Positions 8,970-17,943 of a stretch of DNA of 64,000 nt are shown here, piece by piece. The stretch is from Candidatus Omnitrophota bacterium (lineage in GTDB: Bacteria; Omnitrophota; Gorgyraeia; Zapsychrales; Fredricksoniimonadaceae). Location: positions 938,397-1,002,396 of the forward strand of contig CAVYLG010000003.1 of assembly GCA_963769315.1 (NCBI GenBank). Direction: 5' to 3'. Under the pieces are notes generated by a model that saw nothing but the letters and a program-made list of their open reading frames with translations, did no database searches and was not told the DNA's origin. Each line of letters begins with the position of its first letter. The first letter of the stretch is position 1. A program made the position numbers and the translations under genes.

Positions 8970-10850
8970 TCAGGCTTCTTTATGGTCTGATTTCCATTTT
9001 TTTAAATAAACCATCAAGAGTGCAATGGCCGATGGGGTAACACCGGAAATGCGATTGGCTGCCCCTAAGGTAATGGGATTAAAACGGTTAAGCTTTTCTA
9101 CGATCTCTTTGGAAAGTCCCGGTATTCCCTTAAAATCAAAACCTTCCGGGATACGGATATATTCGATATGACGGAATTTTTCCACTTCTTTTTGCTGGCG
9201 ATGGATAAATCCTTCGTATTTAATTTCATATTCCACCTGGGATATCACCTGGCGGCCTAAATTCTTAATCGTCCCGTCGAAATCCGAGATCATTTCATAG
9301 TTGATCTCCGGCCTCTTAAGCAAATCATATAAAGAAATCGACTGCTTTAAAGGAGCACTCGCGGCATTTTTCAAAATTTTATCCAACGGCGTTCCTGGAG
9401 GGATCTTTTTCGCCCTCAGATGTTTTATCTCATTTTCGATAGCCGCGTATTTCCCCATGACCTTGCCGTAATCATGCCCCGACAAAAGGCCCAGTTTAAA
9501 GCCATATTGGGCCAAGCGCTTATCTGCGTTATCCTCACGCACGATCAGGCGATACTCCACCCTTGAGGTAAACATGCGATACGGTTCCTCGGTACCTTTG
9601 GTGGTCAAATCATCGATCAAAACTCCGATATAGGACTCATGACGGCCCAAAATAAACGGCTCTTTATTTTGGATACGTAAGGCGGCGTTAATCCCGGCCA
9701 CCAGGCCCTGGGAAGCGGCTTCTTCATAACCGGTTGTGCCGTTGATCTGCCCTGCTAAAAATAAACCTTTGATCTTTTTTGTTTCCAGTGTCGGTTTTAA
9801 CTCGGTCGCCGAAATCACTCCATGCTCGATGGAATAACCGGGGCGTATCATCATTGCCTTCTGGAGGCCTGGGATGGAATGAACCATCTCTTCCTGCACA
9901 TGGGCCGGAAGCCCCGTCGAAATTCCGTTGGGATAATATTCAAAAGTATCAAGCCCTTCAGGTTCCAAAAAAACATGATGGGTTGACCTTTGGGCAAATT
10001 TTTTTAATTTATCTTCGATGGAAGGGCAATAACGCACGCCGGTGGCTTTAATTTGTCCAGAATACATCGGCGATAAATGAAAATTGGCCCGGATGATCTC
10101 ATGGGTCGCTTCCGTCGTACGCGTGATATGGCAAGGCAAAAGTTTCCGTTCTTTGGCGATAAAAGGTATTCTAAAAGAAAACGGCACGATCGGATCATCC
10201 GAATCCTGACGTTCCATATTGGAAAAATCTATCGTGCGTCCGTCGAGCCGCGGAGGTGTCCCTGTCTTAAACATCAGGATCTCAAATCCCAAATCGCGGA
10301 TGGAATGGGCCAAACGGTGGGACGCCGCCTCGCCAATCCTCCCGCCGGAAGTGATCTGTGTCCCGATATGAATACGCCCGTTTAAAAAAGTACCCGTGGT
10401 AATGACAACCGTCGGGGACTGTAAACTTAAACCCCCAGCGGTTTTAATCCCCCCGACCTCTCCCCCAACCACCACTAATTCGCTGACCTCGTCTTCAATA
10501 ACCAACAAATTCGGCTGGTTTAAAACCACCTGCTTCATATATAAACGGTATTGTTTACGGTCCGACTGGCAACGTGAAGAACGGACCGCCTGCCCTTTGG
10601 AAGCGTTTAGCTGGCGGAATTGAATACCCGTGCGGTCGGCGGCCATCCCCATCTCGCCGCCTAAAGCATCAATCTCTTTGACTAATTGCCCCTTGCCCAC
10701 GCCACCGATGGCGGGGTTACAACTCATTTGTCCTATGGTCTCTTGGGAAAAAGTGACCATAGCCGTCTTGAGCCCCATCCGGGCCACCGCCAAAGCCGCC
10801 TCAATGCCGGCGTGCCCGGCGCCTATCACAATGCAGTCATATGAATTCAT
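8970..10850 (-). CDS. mnmG: tRNA uridine 5-carboxymethylaminomethyl modification enzyme MnmG (GidA)
   Basis: FAD fingerprint DCIVIGAGHAGIEAALA and full-length MnmG pattern. I place the start at ATG 10848-10850 (MNSYDCIVIG...). The track ORF carries a 34-codon upstream extension with no similarity to MnmG. Confidence 0.95.
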   Translation of the reverse strand: MNSYDCIVIGAGHAGIEAALAVARMGLKTAMVTFSQETIGQMSCNPAIGGVGKGQLVKEIDALGGEMGMAADRTGIQFRQLNASKGQAVRSSRCQSDRKQYRLYMKQVVLNQPNLLVIEDEVSELVVVGGEVGGIKTAGGLSLQSPTVVITTGTFLNGRIHIGTQITSGGRIGEAASHRLAHSIRDLGFEILMFKTGTPPRLDGRTIDFSNMERQDSDDPIVPFSFRIPFIAKERKLLPCHITRTTEATHEIIRANFHLSPMYSGQIKATGVRYCPSIEDKLKKFAQRSTHHVFLEPEGLDTFEYYPNGISTGLPAHVQEEMVHSIPGLQKAMMIRPGYSIEHGVISATELKPTLETKKIKGLFLAGQINGTTGYEEAASQGLVAGINAALRIQNKEPFILGRHESYIGVLIDDLTTKGTEEPYRMFTSRVEYRLIVREDNADKRLAQYGFKLGLLSGHDYGKVMGKYAAIENEIKHLRAKKIPPGTPLDKILKNAASAPLKQSISLYDLLKRPEINYEMISDFDGTIKNLGRQVISQVEYEIKYEGFIHRQQKEVEKFRHIEYIRIPEGFDFKGIPGLSKEIVEKLNRFNPITLGAANRISGVTPSAIALLMVYLKKWKSDHKEA

Positions 10851-11023
10851 GAAGCCCCTAAAATTCTTAGCGTTACGAAATCCTACGAAGCCCAACGCGA
10901 AGTCCTTCGAAGTTGAACGTAAAAGCATTTCAACGTAGTAGGACGCAAGCATTTGGGCGAAGTAGGATTGGGCACTAAAATACCTCGAATTGAAAAGATT
11001 GTCAAGGCAGGGTTGAAATCAAA

Positions 11024-11084
11024 GGTCCTCATGGTCCTCAAACCGGACACTCGCAGTTGCTCGCCGGACACTCACAATTGTTCG
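11024..11084 (+). repeat. ~60-nt intergenic repeat, copy A
   Basis: GGTCCTCATGGTCCTCAAACCGGACACTCGCAGTTGCTCGCCGGACACTCACAATTGTTC. By eye, 55/60 positions are identical to the reverse complement of 28601-28660. A more diverged copy lies at 13717-13768. Confidence 0.8.
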
Positions 11085-11219
11085 CAATTGTGCCTTTTGC
11101 CTCGATTACACTTAAGCATTGATCCAAAGCGAAGTCGAAGGCGCAACATGAACGCCTGCATACCTAAAAATCTTGCGTATCATTATCATGATAAAAGACT
11201 TACTACGTTTGCAATGACT

Positions 11220-12227
11220 CTACGAGGAAGGCTGGGCGCAGGATTCGCGCACGATCAAATCCGGGGCAAGTACTTTGCGGACCTTATTACTTTGTTTACC
11301 CGTCATTATTTCATAAAGGACTTTGGTCGCCTCTTCTCCCATGGCGAACAAAGGCTGCTTGATCGTAGTCAAACCAACTGGACCGAATAGCCCGGCGGGG
11401 TTATCATCAAAACCGACGATGGAAATATCTTCCGGCACCTTAATGCCGTTTTCCATGGCCACGGAAATAACCTCCAGGGCCATATCGTCGCTGGCCGCAA
11501 AAATCGCGGTAGGAGGGTCCTCCAAAGAAAAAAAACGTTCCGCGGCCTGACGGGCCGATCGACGGGAATAATCACCCTTATAGACATAGTCCGGCAGGCA
11601 ATCAATGGCGTGCTGTTTTAAAGCCTTCTGAAAACCTTCATACCGGTCGATACCTGCCTGGGTCAGCATATTACCGGTGATGGTGGCGATGCGCTTATGC
11701 CCCAAATTAATTAAATATTCCGCGGCAATAAATCCTCCTTTGACATTATCCACCGCGATATAGCTGACATCCAAATCCTTGACGATATGATTAATGACCA
11801 AACAAGGCATCTCTTCGCGGACGGCGGCCTCTACCTGAGGCAAATTCTCAATGATATCCGCAAAAATAAGACCCCCGGCGAAATTTGATCTTAAAGGATT
11901 GCTCCCATCAGTAATGTGAAAAATCAAATCCAACCTTAAGGTTTCACATCCATGGCCGATACCGCGCATTAATTCCACTGCGTAAAAAGAATGAAAGATG
12001 CCCGGATAACCCGGGATGACAAAACCGATGGCGGTATTCTGTATGCCCTTGGCCAAACGCTGGGCGGTAGGGTTAGGCCTAAACTTTAAATCACTGATCG
12101 CCTGTTCTACCCGCTGGGCGATCTCTTTATTAACGGTAGGAACCTTGTTCAGAACACGCGAGACAGTGGTGATGGATACATTCGCCTTTCGGGCGACATC
12201 TGTTATGCTTATTCTTTTTTCAACCAC
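11220..12227 (-). CDS. LacI-family transcriptional regulator
   Basis: 335 aa with the N-terminal HTH ISITDVARKANVSITTVSRVLN and a periplasmic-binding-protein-like sugar-binding core. Confidence 0.9.
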   Translation of the reverse strand: MVEKRISITDVARKANVSITTVSRVLNKVPTVNKEIAQRVEQAISDLKFRPNPTAQRLAKGIQNTAIGFVIPGYPGIFHSFYAVELMRGIGHGCETLRLDLIFHITDGSNPLRSNFAGGLIFADIIENLPQVEAAVREEMPCLVINHIVKDLDVSYIAVDNVKGGFIAAEYLINLGHKRIATITGNMLTQAGIDRYEGFQKALKQHAIDCLPDYVYKGDYSRRSARQAAERFFSLEDPPTAIFAASDDMALEVISVAMENGIKVPEDISIVGFDDNPAGLFGPVGLTTIKQPLFAMGEEATKVLYEIMTGKQSNKVRKVLAPDLIVRESCAQPSS

Positions 12228-12245
12228 GTTATTAAAAATCGAAAG

Positions 12246-13547
12246 TTAAGGGTTAGGAAATCGGACACTATCTCCCACTTTAAGTTCACTCGATTTGTCT
12301 TTGATATCTGCGGCACAAATATCTCGACGGACCTGAATGACCTCCAGAGTGGCTATTTCATGTGAATTACGATAAACCTTCAGAGGGCTGCCAATGCTCA
12401 CGGAACTATTCTGTTGTCCTAAATCCGCGATAACAAAGTTATTGGATTGATTGATGCTGATGATGGATCCCTCGGTTCTGCCGTTAACAGTCGCCGCCTG
12501 CTGTTGGTTGTTGGGCGCATTAACGATAATGGGAGGCAATTCCATGCTGCCGACGGTTGATGTCGGGGCGTTTTCAGAAAGCTTTTTATCCAAACTTTGT
12601 TTGATCTTCCAAATATCATCGATACGGCTTTGAATGACACTTTCCGTCTCAATCAATTTTTTCTGCATCGCATCTTTATCATCGGTCAGGCGTGAAACGG
12701 TTTTTTCCAGTTCCAGTTTAGTGGAGTTCAACTCTCTCATTTGGGACAGCAGTTGCAGGTTTTCTTGTTTGAGTTTTTCTGCCCGTTCATTGACCGCTTG
12801 TTGGTCATTGCGTGAACGAGCCAGGTCAATGGAAAGATTATCCGCTAAATCCTGGCCATATTTAATTTTTTGAACAATTTCATCTTTTTCGTTGCTTAGC
12901 TGTTTGACTCCCAGTTCCAAATCGGAATTCTGTTTCTTCAGGTTAACCACTTGCAAAGCAGCCTGGTCCAACTGTAATTTCTCTTTCTGAACTTGTACTT
13001 CCAAAGCTGCCTTTTGTTTAAGCACCGCGGCCCAGTAACGTTCTCCCTGATCAGAAGTCACCGCCATAGGAGCTTCTGGAGCAGAACTGGCATTTTCTGC
13101 AACTGGAGCAGATGGGACCTTCACGACACGTTCTTTATAGACAATCTTAACCGGCTGGTTTTTAAGCTTTTCCATCAAACTATCGCGTTCGCGGGTTATG
13201 GTATCAACGCGGGTTTTCCAATCATCCCGATCGGTATTAGATTGATCAAGCTGTGACTGCAGATCATCAGACTTGTGTTTCAATTGGTCGTATTGGCTTT
13301 GGACCTGTCCCTTTTCTTGTTGTGCCTGGGAAATTTTGTTACTAAGGTCTTGCGTCTCATCTTCCAACTTTTTAGCTTGAGTTGTCAATTCTGCTAATTT
13401 GCTTGCATCGTTGGCGATTTCAGTACGCAAACTCCGATTCTGTCCTTCCAATGTTTGCTTTTGCATTAAAGCCAGTACCGCAACGGCAGCGCTAATTACG
13501 ACGAGTCCCCCTAAAACCCAAACACTTACACGCACTGCTATGGACAT
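12246..13547 (-). CDS. Membrane-anchored coiled-coil protein with small C-terminal beta-rich domain (hypothetical)
   Basis: 433 aa with an N-terminal TM segment (VWVLGGLVVISAAVAVLAL), about 300 aa of Q/E/K/L-rich heptad-like sequence, and the C-terminus ...NFVIADLGQQNSSVSIGSPLKVYRNSHEIATLEVIQVRRDICAADI...VGDSVRF. Confidence 0.55.
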   Translation of the reverse strand: MSIAVRVSVWVLGGLVVISAAVAVLALMQKQTLEGQNRSLRTEIANDASKLAELTTQAKKLEDETQDLSNKISQAQQEKGQVQSQYDQLKHKSDDLQSQLDQSNTDRDDWKTRVDTITRERDSLMEKLKNQPVKIVYKERVVKVPSAPVAENASSAPEAPMAVTSDQGERYWAAVLKQKAALEVQVQKEKLQLDQAALQVVNLKKQNSDLELGVKQLSNEKDEIVQKIKYGQDLADNLSIDLARSRNDQQAVNERAEKLKQENLQLLSQMRELNSTKLELEKTVSRLTDDKDAMQKKLIETESVIQSRIDDIWKIKQSLDKKLSENAPTSTVGSMELPPIIVNAPNNQQQAATVNGRTEGSIISINQSNNFVIADLGQQNSSVSIGSPLKVYRNSHEIATLEVIQVRRDICAADIKDKSSELKVGDSVRFPNP

Positions 13548-13716
13548 ACTGTCTCCCCTAAGGATATCTTTGATATATTATACAAAATATAACAAAGTGC
13601 GTGCTTCAATACAAGAAATTTTAAAATAATTTTATTTCCTTAAGGATAAATAGGCCCCCCCCAGGGGACAATCCCTCGGCCCTTTTGCCGAACACCCGTC
13701 ATTATTCAGCCCACAT

Positions 13717-13768
13717 CGTCCTCATGTCGGACAGTCGCAATTGCTGGCCGGACACTCGTCGTTACTCG
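13717..13768 (+). repeat. ~60-nt intergenic repeat, copy B (diverged)
   Basis: CGTCCTCATGTCGGACAGTCGCAATTGCTGGCCGGACACTCGTCGTTACTCG aligns with copy A. It overlaps the stop codon (13762-13764) of the CBM-like gene. Confidence 0.65.
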
Positions 13769-14382
13769 TAACGGATGTTGTCGAGATAAAACGTGCATGT
13801 GGAAGGATTATCATCCACATTGGCGAACCACGCAAAACCTCCGCTAATATAGGTCAAATCTTTATCACGTAAATCAATTTCATATTCTTTCCATTGTTTG
13901 GTCAAAATCACCGGTCCAATCGACGCCGTGTCTGAATCAGGATAATTCCGGCCTTGCCCCACTCCTCCTAATCTGAACTCGGCAATTTTCTCGCCTCCGT
14001 TTTCACCACGAGCCCAGAAGAACAGCTTTTTAGCTCCGGTTAAATTGTAGCCGCCTTTTCTGTCCCCCCAATTGTCAGCCGGGTTAAGCCAGTAAACTCC
14101 TGCCCAACGCCGACTTTTTAAGGAACAGGCAACATCATACTCAACTTTAATACAGCTTTTACCCTCTTGACAATTATCCCTCCAAGCATCATCCAATTTA
14201 ATGCACTCCCCGGTGGGCATATACCCGGAAGGCACAAAACGGTTGGGCGACCCCTTGTCTTGATAAACATAAAATGGTTTAAAAGGCTTGGGGTTATCTT
14301 CGCCGGGCAAGTTACTGTCCTGGGCATAGGCCATGCAGGAAATAAACACAAAAAAATAAAATAAGCAACTGTTCAATTTCAT
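13762..14382 (-). CDS. Secreted protein with carbohydrate-binding-module-like beta-sandwich features (hypothetical)
   Basis: 206 aa with a signal peptide (...FISCMAYA-QD), ...WAGVYWLNPADNWGD..., and ...FAWFANVDDNPSTCTFYLDNIRYE. This resembles CBM or 'galactose-binding-like' modules. Assigned by pattern and context only. Confidence 0.45.
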   Translation of the reverse strand: MKLNSCLFYFFVFISCMAYAQDSNLPGEDNPKPFKPFYVYQDKGSPNRFVPSGYMPTGECIKLDDAWRDNCQEGKSCIKVEYDVACSLKSRRWAGVYWLNPADNWGDRKGGYNLTGAKKLFFWARGENGGEKIAEFRLGGVGQGRNYPDSDTASIGPVILTKQWKEYEIDLRDKDLTYISGGFAWFANVDDNPSTCTFYLDNIRYE

Positions 14383-14414
14383 ATTAATCTTTCTGAAGTT
14401 ATGGGGGGATTATA

Positions 14415-14484
14415 CAAGTCACAAGACACAAGTCACAAGTCACAAGATATAATTCCTGTGACTTTGTGACATGTGACATGTGAC
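14415..14484. repeat. Imperfect palindrome built from GTCACAA/TTGTGAC-type heptamers
   Basis: The left arm CAAGTCACAAGACACAAGTCACAAGTCACAAG (14415-14446) and right arm CTGTGACTTTGTGACATGTGACATGTGAC (14456-14484) are largely complementary around the loop ATATAATTC. It lies between two co-directional minus-strand genes and has no U-tract. Confidence 0.7.
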
Positions 14485-14490
14485 CCAAGA

Positions 14491-15462
14491 CTAGACATTA
14501 TCCAATTCGCCTAATTTCTGTTGAGCTGCTTCAGCAGGTTTCCAGAACCACCCACCCGGATCCCAACATTGCGAATAAAAGAACTCGTTGATAACTCTCT
14601 TGTATGCCTTAGTAGCTCCATCTTTATTACCGGCATTTTGGTAGGCTTCACCTAAAATAAATAAAGCCGTACCCACATCATTAAGGGCCCAATAACTAAA
14701 AGTCTTTTCTTTGGATTCCCATGGATATTCTTTCAATGATGCCTGCATTTCCTTGGCTTTGCCAGCATATAATCCCAACGTTTTGTTGACATAAGCTTCC
14801 ACGGCTTTAAGGTCATTCGCCGCCAACGCCCCCCATGCCTTCTGTACTAACTGGCTTGAGGAATAGTCGCCAAAATCCCAATTAACTCCTGCCGCCATCA
14901 TGCCCAGCTTTTCCTTAGCAGCTTCCGCAGGTTTCCAAAACCAACCTTTGGGATCCCAGGCCTGGCCGAAAGAATAATCTTTAATCAATTTGTTGTAGGC
15001 TTCCTTGGCTTCATCTTTCATGTTTGCAGTACGATATGCCTCTGCTTGAATGTAATAACTGGTCGCCACATCGTTAAGCGCCCAATATTTGAATACCTCA
15101 TCATTGGGACCGGTGGCATAATCTTTCAAACCGGCCTGCATCTTACTTGCCTGTGCGGCATAAAGGGAGATGCACTTATTCGTATAGGCCAACACGGACT
15201 CAATATCATTTTGAGCCAATGCCAACCACGCTTTGGTGGTCAATGTTGTCGAACGGTAATCGCCGAAATTGATGGGTGCTTTAACCCCCCCCGCAGGTGT
15301 GGTTGCCGCAGATGCCTGATCAGAATTCCCACCAGACACCGGTGCCGGTTGGGTCTCCGCAGCCATTTTAGCGGCACTGACAGCCCCCTGGTCATCCGCG
15401 AAAACATTCATCGCGCAAAAACCAAATGTTGAAATAAACAAAAACCATAACCATTTTTTCAT
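14491..15462 (-). CDS. Secreted protein made of two tandem ~125-aa TPR-like (BamD/YbgF-like) modules
   Basis: 323 aa with a signal peptide. There is an internal duplication: ...YWALNDVATSYYIQAEAYRTANMKDEAKEAYNKLIKDYSFGQAWDPKGWFWKPAEAAKEKLG... versus ...YWALNDVGTALFILGEAYQNAGNKDGATKAYKRVINEFFYSQCWDPGGWFWKPAEAAQQKLG.... Confidence 0.6.
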   Translation of the reverse strand: MKKWLWFLFISTFGFCAMNVFADDQGAVSAAKMAAETQPAPVSGGNSDQASAATTPAGGVKAPINFGDYRSTTLTTKAWLALAQNDIESVLAYTNKCISLYAAQASKMQAGLKDYATGPNDEVFKYWALNDVATSYYIQAEAYRTANMKDEAKEAYNKLIKDYSFGQAWDPKGWFWKPAEAAKEKLGMMAAGVNWDFGDYSSSQLVQKAWGALAANDLKAVEAYVNKTLGLYAGKAKEMQASLKEYPWESKEKTFSYWALNDVGTALFILGEAYQNAGNKDGATKAYKRVINEFFYSQCWDPGGWFWKPAEAAQQKLGELDNV

Positions 15463-15561
15463 TACACTCCTCCTCGTTACTTCCCACCAACGTGGGTTCT
15501 TAATAAAAGAACTGTTCTGAACCCTGCCTACTTTATTAGCAAGATCCCCTTTTGCCTTGTT

Positions 15562-17943
15562 TTAAGCCTTCCAAAGCTCCTTATAAGTATAATACACCTT
15601 CCTGGGTTCGCGCAAGTATGGGCTTTGGCTGCCGTTTCCCTGGCCAAATATACCAAACCACTCCTCAAAATAATACCCTCCCGGGAAAGGGCCTACCGCA
15701 TCCGCCTTGGTATCATGAATGGAAGGTGAATAGTCCTTCCACCATTCATCAAGCCACTCAAAAGCCATTCCACCGACGGAGTTTCCGGCGCCCCCTTTAT
15801 AACCGGCGCTATTATAAAGAATGTCCAGCCAATTACCTTTATGATAATCAGACTGGGCCTGCTGAGCCTCTTGATAATTCATGCTTACACCTCCATAAGC
15901 CGGGGCACCGTATTCCGTAATAAAAGCCGGCTTGCCCGCCAGCTCAGCGACCTCCTCCCAGAAAGAGCCAAACCCGTAATCCCCCCGGTAAATATTGGCA
16001 CCGTAGGCATCCACGTCAGGAGCATATTTCCCAAATTTATCCAAAAATAAAGTATCTCCGTTGCAGATGGCCACCGGATGGTTCGGATCGATCGATTTGA
16101 TCATTTTAGCCACTTCATTAACAAACTTATAATAGGTTTCCGGCTTTTTATCCGCGTTGGAAGCAACTCCATAATTATTTTCATTGCCCAAAATCCACAT
16201 TAGGATATACGGTTCATCCTTGAATTCCATAACCATTTGACGGACATAATTTATCATATTTTTCTGATGAACGGGATTCGAGTAATCCGTACCCTCCGAC
16301 CAACTGGCTCCGGAGCCGATCGCATATTTGCCTAAAAAATTACTCATAGCCACCTTAAACCCGTAGTTCTTATACATCTTTTCTAAAAACCCCTTGTCAG
16401 ACTTCAAGTATGTTTGGTAGTAAATACGTAATGTATTAACACCCATTTCTTTCATCAAGGCAAAATCACCAACCTCTGGCTCGTCGGCATGCCGTTTATT
16501 ATCACCATATTTATCCACCCATGCTTCATACGGTGCGGTAATGACGCCATCATGGCTGTCATCTTCCTGCATCCAGTCAACCAATGTGCCGTCATCTGGG
16601 CTTTGGCCGACCTTGGTGGGCATATAAGCCATGCCCTTAATAAAAAAAGAGGTGTCATCCACCAACAATTGCCAATGGCCGCTTTCATATTTGACAAAAC
16701 GCACCTGGCCTCCACCCGAATAAAAAATCGGTTTACCCAACGGCATCTTGGCCGGCTGCCAATTTAATTGCTGTTTGGCAATTTCCAAAATGTTCAACTT
16801 TCGGATAATGCCGGGCTTGGTGATGGCCACAACATGTTGGGGGTCATCGGCATTAAGAATTCGTATTTTGGCCCCTTTAAATTCCATATGCAATTCGGGA
16901 TGGATACGAATTAAGTATTGTATCTTGGCCGCCGCCGCCTGGGCTGGATACCATGGGGTCTGCCAATATGTCCAGGCGACCGCCGATGGGTAATTTACTA
17001 TAAGTGAATAATAAGCCTTAATCGCCTGGGAAAACATCTTTGCCTTTTCAAAAATTTGGCCTATATAAAATAACCTCACTCCCCAAGATTCCGGCGCTGT
17101 GACCCATTTATAAAAAGCAGCTTGCAAATCCGTCGTGTTCACAAAATCCCAATGGCTGCCTTGCAGGCGCCCTGCTTTTAAAGCTTGCCTGTACCCGGGA
17201 TCTCTATAAACATCCGCAATATTAGGGTAAATACCCTCTCCCAACGCCGCATCTAAACCCGTTTGGTCAATAATTTGATAGTGATAATTCTTAGTGCCTT
17301 CATTCAGGAATTTACCGTATTTATCCCAATCAACAACATCTTCTCTTCCAGGAAATTTCAGCACAGGGATGGTCCTGGATGCTTTTTTTACGGGTGACGG
17401 GTTTTGAGGTGCCTTGCCTTCTATCACATCAATACTTGACTGGGATTTTTCGGCCACCGACCAGTAATCTCCGCGACTGGGATCAAAACACTGGGCCCAG
17501 GGATACTGGGCAATAATATTTTTAAACTGCGCGATAGCTTCGGCATTTTTCCCCTGATGCATAAGGGCCTCGGCCTTGATAAACAAAGCGGTCGCCACAT
17601 CCGACATGATCTTGTAATCGCCAACCTGAGTGCGGGGAGGGAAATTACGTAATTGAGAAGCCAACCCCTTAGCCTTATCGCCGTAAATTTTAATGATCTC
17701 ATCAACCAGGCTGGAAATGGCATTTAAATCCCCCTGTTGGGAAGCTTCCCATGATAGACGCACGATTTCAGAAGAATCACGGTTTGTGGCTGTGGCCTCG
17801 GAGGCAGTTGCAGGGGAAGTATTCTGTGCTGGTAGGTCAGTTACTCCCCAAAATAAAAAAATAAAGAAAGTGAGACAGGCGGATAAAAAGCCCCAGTGCT
17901 TTAGTCTCGAAAAGTTGTATACCGTTGCGAAGACTTTTTGCAC
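15562..17943 (-). CDS. Secreted clan GH-A glycoside hydrolase (GH2-TIM-barrel/GH5-like) with N-terminal TPR-like modules
   Basis: 793 aa with a signal/anchor segment. The N-terminal modules are related to those of 14491..15462. The C-terminal (beta/alpha)8 signatures are ...NTLRIYYQ..., the acid/base region ...MWILGNENNY..., and the nucleophile region ...AFITEYGAPAY.... The GTG start overlaps the preceding stop by 1 nt. Confidence 0.7.
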   Translation of the reverse strand: MQKVFATVYNFSRLKHWGFLSACLTFFIFLFWGVTDLPAQNTSPATASEATATNRDSSEIVRLSWEASQQGDLNAISSLVDEIIKIYGDKAKGLASQLRNFPPRTQVGDYKIMSDVATALFIKAEALMHQGKNAEAIAQFKNIIAQYPWAQCFDPSRGDYWSVAEKSQSSIDVIEGKAPQNPSPVKKASRTIPVLKFPGREDVVDWDKYGKFLNEGTKNYHYQIIDQTGLDAALGEGIYPNIADVYRDPGYRQALKAGRLQGSHWDFVNTTDLQAAFYKWVTAPESWGVRLFYIGQIFEKAKMFSQAIKAYYSLIVNYPSAVAWTYWQTPWYPAQAAAAKIQYLIRIHPELHMEFKGAKIRILNADDPQHVVAITKPGIIRKLNILEIAKQQLNWQPAKMPLGKPIFYSGGGQVRFVKYESGHWQLLVDDTSFFIKGMAYMPTKVGQSPDDGTLVDWMQEDDSHDGVITAPYEAWVDKYGDNKRHADEPEVGDFALMKEMGVNTLRIYYQTYLKSDKGFLEKMYKNYGFKVAMSNFLGKYAIGSGASWSEGTDYSNPVHQKNMINYVRQMVMEFKDEPYILMWILGNENNYGVASNADKKPETYYKFVNEVAKMIKSIDPNHPVAICNGDTLFLDKFGKYAPDVDAYGANIYRGDYGFGSFWEEVAELAGKPAFITEYGAPAYGGVSMNYQEAQQAQSDYHKGNWLDILYNSAGYKGGAGNSVGGMAFEWLDEWWKDYSPSIHDTKADAVGPFPGGYYFEEWFGIFGQGNGSQSPYLREPRKVYYTYKELWKA

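Noticed and set aside
10851-11023. Several short complementary segments in the mnmG leader (for example AATCCTAC at 10878-10885 with GTAGGATT at 10964-10971, and GTTGAA/TTCAAC), considered as a possible riboswitch or leader RNA.
   Set aside because: The pairings are short, I found no recognisable conserved motif, and there is no second copy to compare. The evidence is insufficient to call a feature.
11024-11084. The possibility that the tandem ~21-nt units (and the GTCACAA tract at 14415-14484) are a small CRISPR array.
   Set aside because: There are only two units per locus, with no unique spacers between them. The repeats abut each other, no cas genes are in the window, and copies are dispersed at gene ends. 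This is inconsistent with CRISPR.
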